A stretch of DNA of 64,000 nucleotides from Podarcis filfolensis (Eukaryota), in the NCBI GenBank assembly GCA_964270895.1, contig OZ185446.1; one strand, written 5' to 3'. The notes beneath the pieces were generated by a model that saw only the letters and a list, made by a program, of their open reading frames with translations, searched no databases and had not been told where the DNA came from. The first letter of the stretch is position 1. Each line of letters begins with the position of its first letter. Positions 59,367 through 64,000 of this stretch are shown here, piece after piece. The translations under genes and the position numbers were made by a program.

Positions 59367-61747
59367 CAACCCTGAGCCCTTATTACACTTCCTGAGTCTA
59401 ACTAGCTCTCTCAAGCAGCAGCATCCCCTTAAAGTGACAGTCCTCTAGCCTGACGTCTCTGTCACATCTGCAGGGCCTCAGGCTGGGCACACTGCCTGTA
59501 CTGGATAGCAGGTTTGATGGAAAGGGAGGCCCTGGAGCTCAGGGAGGGGGTTCTCTGGCTGTTGGACACAAAGTAGGCAGTGAGGCCCAGAGACCCAGAG
59601 TCAGCACCACTTTCACCTTGCCCTCTGGGTCCACTTATGGGACACAAATCATAGGAAACGTTCGTGAGAAAATGAAAACTGAACACGGTATTTAGTGGTG
59701 TCTTTTGTAATATTCACATGTTTAATGAAAAAGCTATGACAGACCTTGAGAGAATTAACTGTACCCATAAGCATCACCGAAGAAGAAAGCAATGCCTTTG
59801 CAGTGTGTGAGAGCATTTCAAAGCACTGCATTATATATAAAGTCCAAATAAATCATTTCATTTACCAAACTTTCCAGGCTATGATTAGCACCAGTCTGCA
59901 TCAAATAGCTGTTGTTTTTTTAAAAATGAAATGTGTCTTCTCAATCAACTATTCATTTAAAAGACATAATAAAAAGGAAAGGAAAATGACTAGATGTTCT
60001 CTTTGGAAACTCAGACAGCTTGTTTCAAACTAGATTTCTTTGGTGGCTTTTCAAACCATTGCCAGGATTTTAACTAAAATGTACCACTTACTGAGTATAA
60101 TTCTATTCAGAATAGTAATAAAAATAGTACCACACTTTTTAGAAATAATTGTGTGTGTATTTCTGAGGAAACTGAAAAGACAAGTATAGACTGCAGCCAA
60201 GACATACTGTACTGTACTCTATTTCTTTACAAACACACACACAGCAGAAAAATGATAATCCCTTCTTAGTGGAAAATCCAAATTTTCAAATGACTCCCCA
60301 AGCTAAAATGAATTACTGTAATAACCAGAATCCTCATATGTTCGCTGTTCAACAAAGGCACAGCTGACCACCTGCTATGTTGCATCTTACAGACAGCAGT
60401 TTCCCCATTTCTCAAATGCTGTTCTCTTTTGACCAGGGATGTGCCCCACTGAATCATATGACAGATTACTAAAAACACAGCGAAGGGGCAAGGGGAGCAA
60501 GGGAAAGGGTTCTCCTTCTAGCTTGAGTGACTGCTGTACCGCGTCTCTGTGCTTCTGCTGAGTGCAGCATGACAGGGGTGCCTCTGCAGTTCTACAGAGG
60601 AAGGATGTCAACAGCCAGACCCAAGCCAAATAATTAATTGCTTTAATTTGAGGATATACCACACATGGCTGAAATGGGCAAACTGAAACGCAGGAGGCTA
60701 TGTGTTTGTGTGTGCACTTGCGCTATGCAGCTAGAGAAGGATTATTATTTTAAAAGCTGCATTATTCATGGTTGCATCACTGATCTTAAACCCTCAACCG
60801 CATATGACAACAAAACAGAAAAGGTCCTTAGCATGAGTCAATGAAACGTGCCTTTCTTTAACTTGAAAGGAGGCAAGGAGACAGCAAAGGAAAGCAAACA
60901 ACTTGTCATTAAAGAATTTGCTGCATTGAGTTAGAGGCTGTTGTAAGCAAAATAAATCAGAGAGAAATTTTTTTTAGCTCAATACAGGATTACAGAAACC
61001 CTGTCAAACTAATGTGAACTACAGATAGCACAAGGCTACCCACCTTTGTCCCTTATTTTCTTGCTAGTACCGACAGGCCAATTGATATACGCACCAAACC
61101 AAACCTAGATGCTGAATCCAGAGAAAACATGCACATCCCCTTTCCCCATCCTCCCAGCCACAGAACTCTCATCCTGCATAGCGGATGGGCTTCCAATTCC
61201 CTTCACAACCCGGCAAAAGGAAGGGGGAATGTGTGCCCAGTCTAGAGATGCTCAGACTGTATCGTACACATAAACACAACCCTGTCCCCTCCCCCCCCCA
61301 TTCAGTCATGTGCCAGCGGGTGAGTAAAAACTACACATTCGCTGTCACTCTGCACCCATCCATTGTCTGCACCCCTTCCTTAAAAGAAGAAATACATCTC
61401 TGCAAGGAATGAAAGAAAGCAGGCTGGGCAGGGGGGGAATCTATCTATCCGGTGTGTGTAGCTGGATAATGCCTGGTCCATTAGTCCAACTCACTAGGCT
61501 GAAGGCCCCTTCCAGTTCCTCCTAACAGGCACCCAGATTCCTTTCTTACTCTACTTGACAGGAGGTCACACGCCTTTCCCCTCCCGCCCCAGCCGAGCTG
61601 GCCCCAAAGCCCCAGCAGGAGAGAAGCCTGGCCGGAGGGGGACCACAAGGGCGCCTCGACCCCAACAAGACCCGGAGACTTGGACGCCCAAAGCCCAAGC
61701 CAGGCTTCCTGGGATGCTGGCCGAGGAGGGGGGGGGCGGCGCCTTAC

Positions 61748-61777
61748 CTGGAGAAAGCGGGGCTGCGTGCAGAGCAT
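61748..61777 (-). CDS. Probable first coding exon segment MLCTQPRFLQ (phase 0) of an unidentified gene
   Basis: AGCATGC (A at -3), 10 codons, then CAG|GTAAGG at 61748/61747 at the CpG island edge. The exon could instead be non-coding. Confidence 0.5.
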
Positions 61778-61809
61778 GCTCTTCGGCCGAGGCGGCGGCA
61801 GCGGCACCT

Positions 61810-61833
61810 TCAGTCCCCTCGCGCGCGGCTCAT
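61810..61833 (-). other. Upstream ORF MSRARGD*
   Basis: GCCATGAGC...GACTGA. Its stop ends 32 nt upstream of the second ATG, in a different frame. Confidence 0.55.
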
Positions 61834-64000
61834 GGCCAGGCGCCCGGCGGCTCCGCGCTGCAGTCTGGGCGCGCCCGGCCTTCTCCCTCGCCCCGGCCCC
61901 GCACCTTCGCCCCGGCGCCTCCGCCTCCTCCCTCGCCGCGGCGCTCGAGAGGCAAGTCCCCGCGCCGAGGCGGCGGCACCGGCAGCAGCCCCGCGCAGGT
62001 CCAGGGAGCGGAATACGGCAGCAAAGCGGACGCCTCCGCGGCTCCCCCCCCGCCCCGCCCTCTCGGGTACCAGGCAAGAGGCAGCCAATCCGGAGCGTCG
62101 CCCGGCGGCTCGCTTCGCGCCAGCGGGGCGCCCCCCCCCCGTCCCCGCTCCTCCTCCCCGCGCCCCCCCCCCGCCCACGCACGCCGGACGGGACCCCAGG
62201 CTGCTGCTGCTGCTCCTGCGAGGGGAGAGGAGGGCGGCAGGGCGGCCCGCGTGCGCCTCCCCGGCCCTTTCCCCGACGGCCTCTCCTTTTCCTCCTCCGC
62301 GCTCGTGGCGCAGATGCACGCACTCCGCAAAGGGACCCGGAGCATCTCGCGCAACCTCGCCGCCTGTGCTTTTGTTAAGGGCCGTTCATTCATTCATTCG
62401 TTCGTTCGTTTTGGTAAATCGTTTTGATTTATTTTAAACAAAGGGGAGAGAACAGTGCGAACCGTACAGGCACTGTAAATAATAATACAGTAATAATAAT
62501 AATAATAATAATGCAATAACAACAAATTTGGCACAAAGATCAAACGCAGAATTGCATAATAACCAATGCCAGGCCCTGGTTAGCTTAGAAATAGATGTGG
62601 GAGAAATAGCTGGAGGGAGGCGGAGGGAGATGGGGTGAACATGGTATTAAAACACAAGACGCAAAGCAAAGGCTGTGAAGGCACTGACAGGGAGTGTTTA
62701 TTACATTTTCAAGAAGTTTAAGTTAGAATTGAAGAGGGAGGAAAACAGATAAGATAGCATTGCATTGGTTTATTGAATCACCCGTAAACTATAATATGCT
62801 GGATGAGCAGCCAAGTTACATGCATCATCATTAACATGTTTAATAAAACAGTACCAGATTAAATAGAATGTTTTATTATACCATGCAACAAGATTGGCTC
62901 CTACTAGATCTTTCCAAAATATAGCCCTTATGGCTGTAGCAGCAGTCAGTTTGCAGTGAGAAGGTAAATCTTTGGTATCTGAGATGTCAAATAGGGCCAA
63001 GTGAGGAGATGGACCAAGTGTTCAGCCTTTTTAGGGACATTTATGCTGGTGGCAAAAATTAGCTTAGAGCTTGCTTTATTTTGTTTTTGTTGCTACAGAG
63101 TTGTTTCTGCAGTACTTCCTTTTAAAAGTGACACTCTGGCAACCTGGTTTCTCTCTCAATCACTGGCGTGTGGGGAATCCCTCCGGTGACTCCACAGTGA
63201 GGAAAGGGGCTCTGTCCTTCCTCAGGGACACTTTCATCAACTCTTCACATATTTCAGCTGAGTCCAAGCACTGAGAATAGATTTAAGGCCTGAGCCCTGA
63301 CATAAATGAAGCCCTGAGTTTGTTCTTCTCCCTTCTCCTTGTAGGTTTACTGTCTGCAGGGTGGGTCCATCCAAAGTTAAGTGGGAGGCAGTTAAGAATT
63401 CATAGGGTTTGATTTGGCTGAAGTTAGTTGAAGTTGTGATCCGTTTTAATCAATGTGCTATGTCTGGATCCAACCAATAGACACTGACTTAGGATATAAT
63501 TTCAGGCATCTACGGAAGTGGATATAATTGAAGGATATAATTTCAGGCATCTAGCCGAGGGAAATGTATGTCACAATAAGGCTGCAGTGCTGTGTACACT
63601 TACCTAGACTTAAGTCCCACTTAGAGTGGGGCTTACGTCTTAGTAGGCTTTTATAGGATTGGACTGTAAGTGTGTCTTTTAGGTGCTACAGGATTTTTAT
63701 TGTTTTATTGCAGGTGGGATTTAACTTCATATTCCACTTGTAATTAAGACTTGATGACACACTTTTCTCCAATAAAGCAGCATGGGAAAGGAATGGTTGG
63801 GAACAAAAAAGCATCAAGGGAAGAATAGACTTACAGTAATTCTTTTCTTGCTCACCACTTCTCTTCTTGAACCTCATTCCCCCCCTCCCCCAAAAATGTC
63901 CCACCCCAAGGTGAGAAGCAGTTTTTCTGCTGCAAATCACCCCCCCTTTATAGCAAAGAAACAGGCTCTTGTCCTTTTATTACACAAGTGTCATAATCTT

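Larger units (their letters stand above)
61560..62370 (-). promoter_or_regulatory. CpG island promoter of a minus-strand gene
   Basis: Very high GC and CpG content. GC boxes (CCCCGCCCCGCCC at ~62047-62060) and CCAAT at 62085-62089. The downstream consensus donor faces left. Confidence 0.88.

Noticed and set aside
61481-62437. Several 170-290 aa ORFs on both strands
   Set aside because: Expected from stop-codon scarcity in a very GC-rich CpG island. They are low-complexity, mostly start at non-ATG codons, and contain no recognisable domain.
62770-63000. Possible ancient L1 ORF2 C-terminal remnant
   Set aside because: The resemblance (TAATAIRAIFWK...WY.K) is too weak to call without a profile search.

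Overview
Vertebrate genomic DNA, most likely a squamate reptile (lacertid lizard-like repeat repertoire; inference). No prokaryotic features, rRNA, bona fide tRNA gene or CRISPR array were seen. The window is mostly intronic or intergenic sequence dense in transposable elements. It holds two young L1-clade LINEs on the minus strand: one with a CpG-rich 5'UTR, intact ORF1 and the start of ORF2 running off the left edge, the other 5'-truncated with a 17-bp TSD and a MITE inserted in ORF2. It also holds a 2.65-kb frameshifted CR1, many CR1/L2/CCHC-LINE fragments, tRNA-derived SINEs, Tc1/mariner-type (TA TSD) and hAT-type (8-bp TSD) MITEs, LTR-like elements and a Penelope-like inverted terminal repeat. 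A CpG island at about 61.55-62.37 kb carries the probable promoter and first exon (uORF, then MLCTQPRFLQ, then a GT donor) of an unidentified minus-strand gene. Best leads: (1) two MITE families with unrelated termini share a 43/44-nt identical GC-rich hairpin module; (2) a hammerhead-ribozyme-like core lies inside the Penelope-like fold-back repeat; (3) a candidate TATA-box alternative first exon at 24.4-24.5 kb; (4) CR1 fragments in exactly permuted order. I could not identify the host gene. Most ORFs in the supplied track are spurious.
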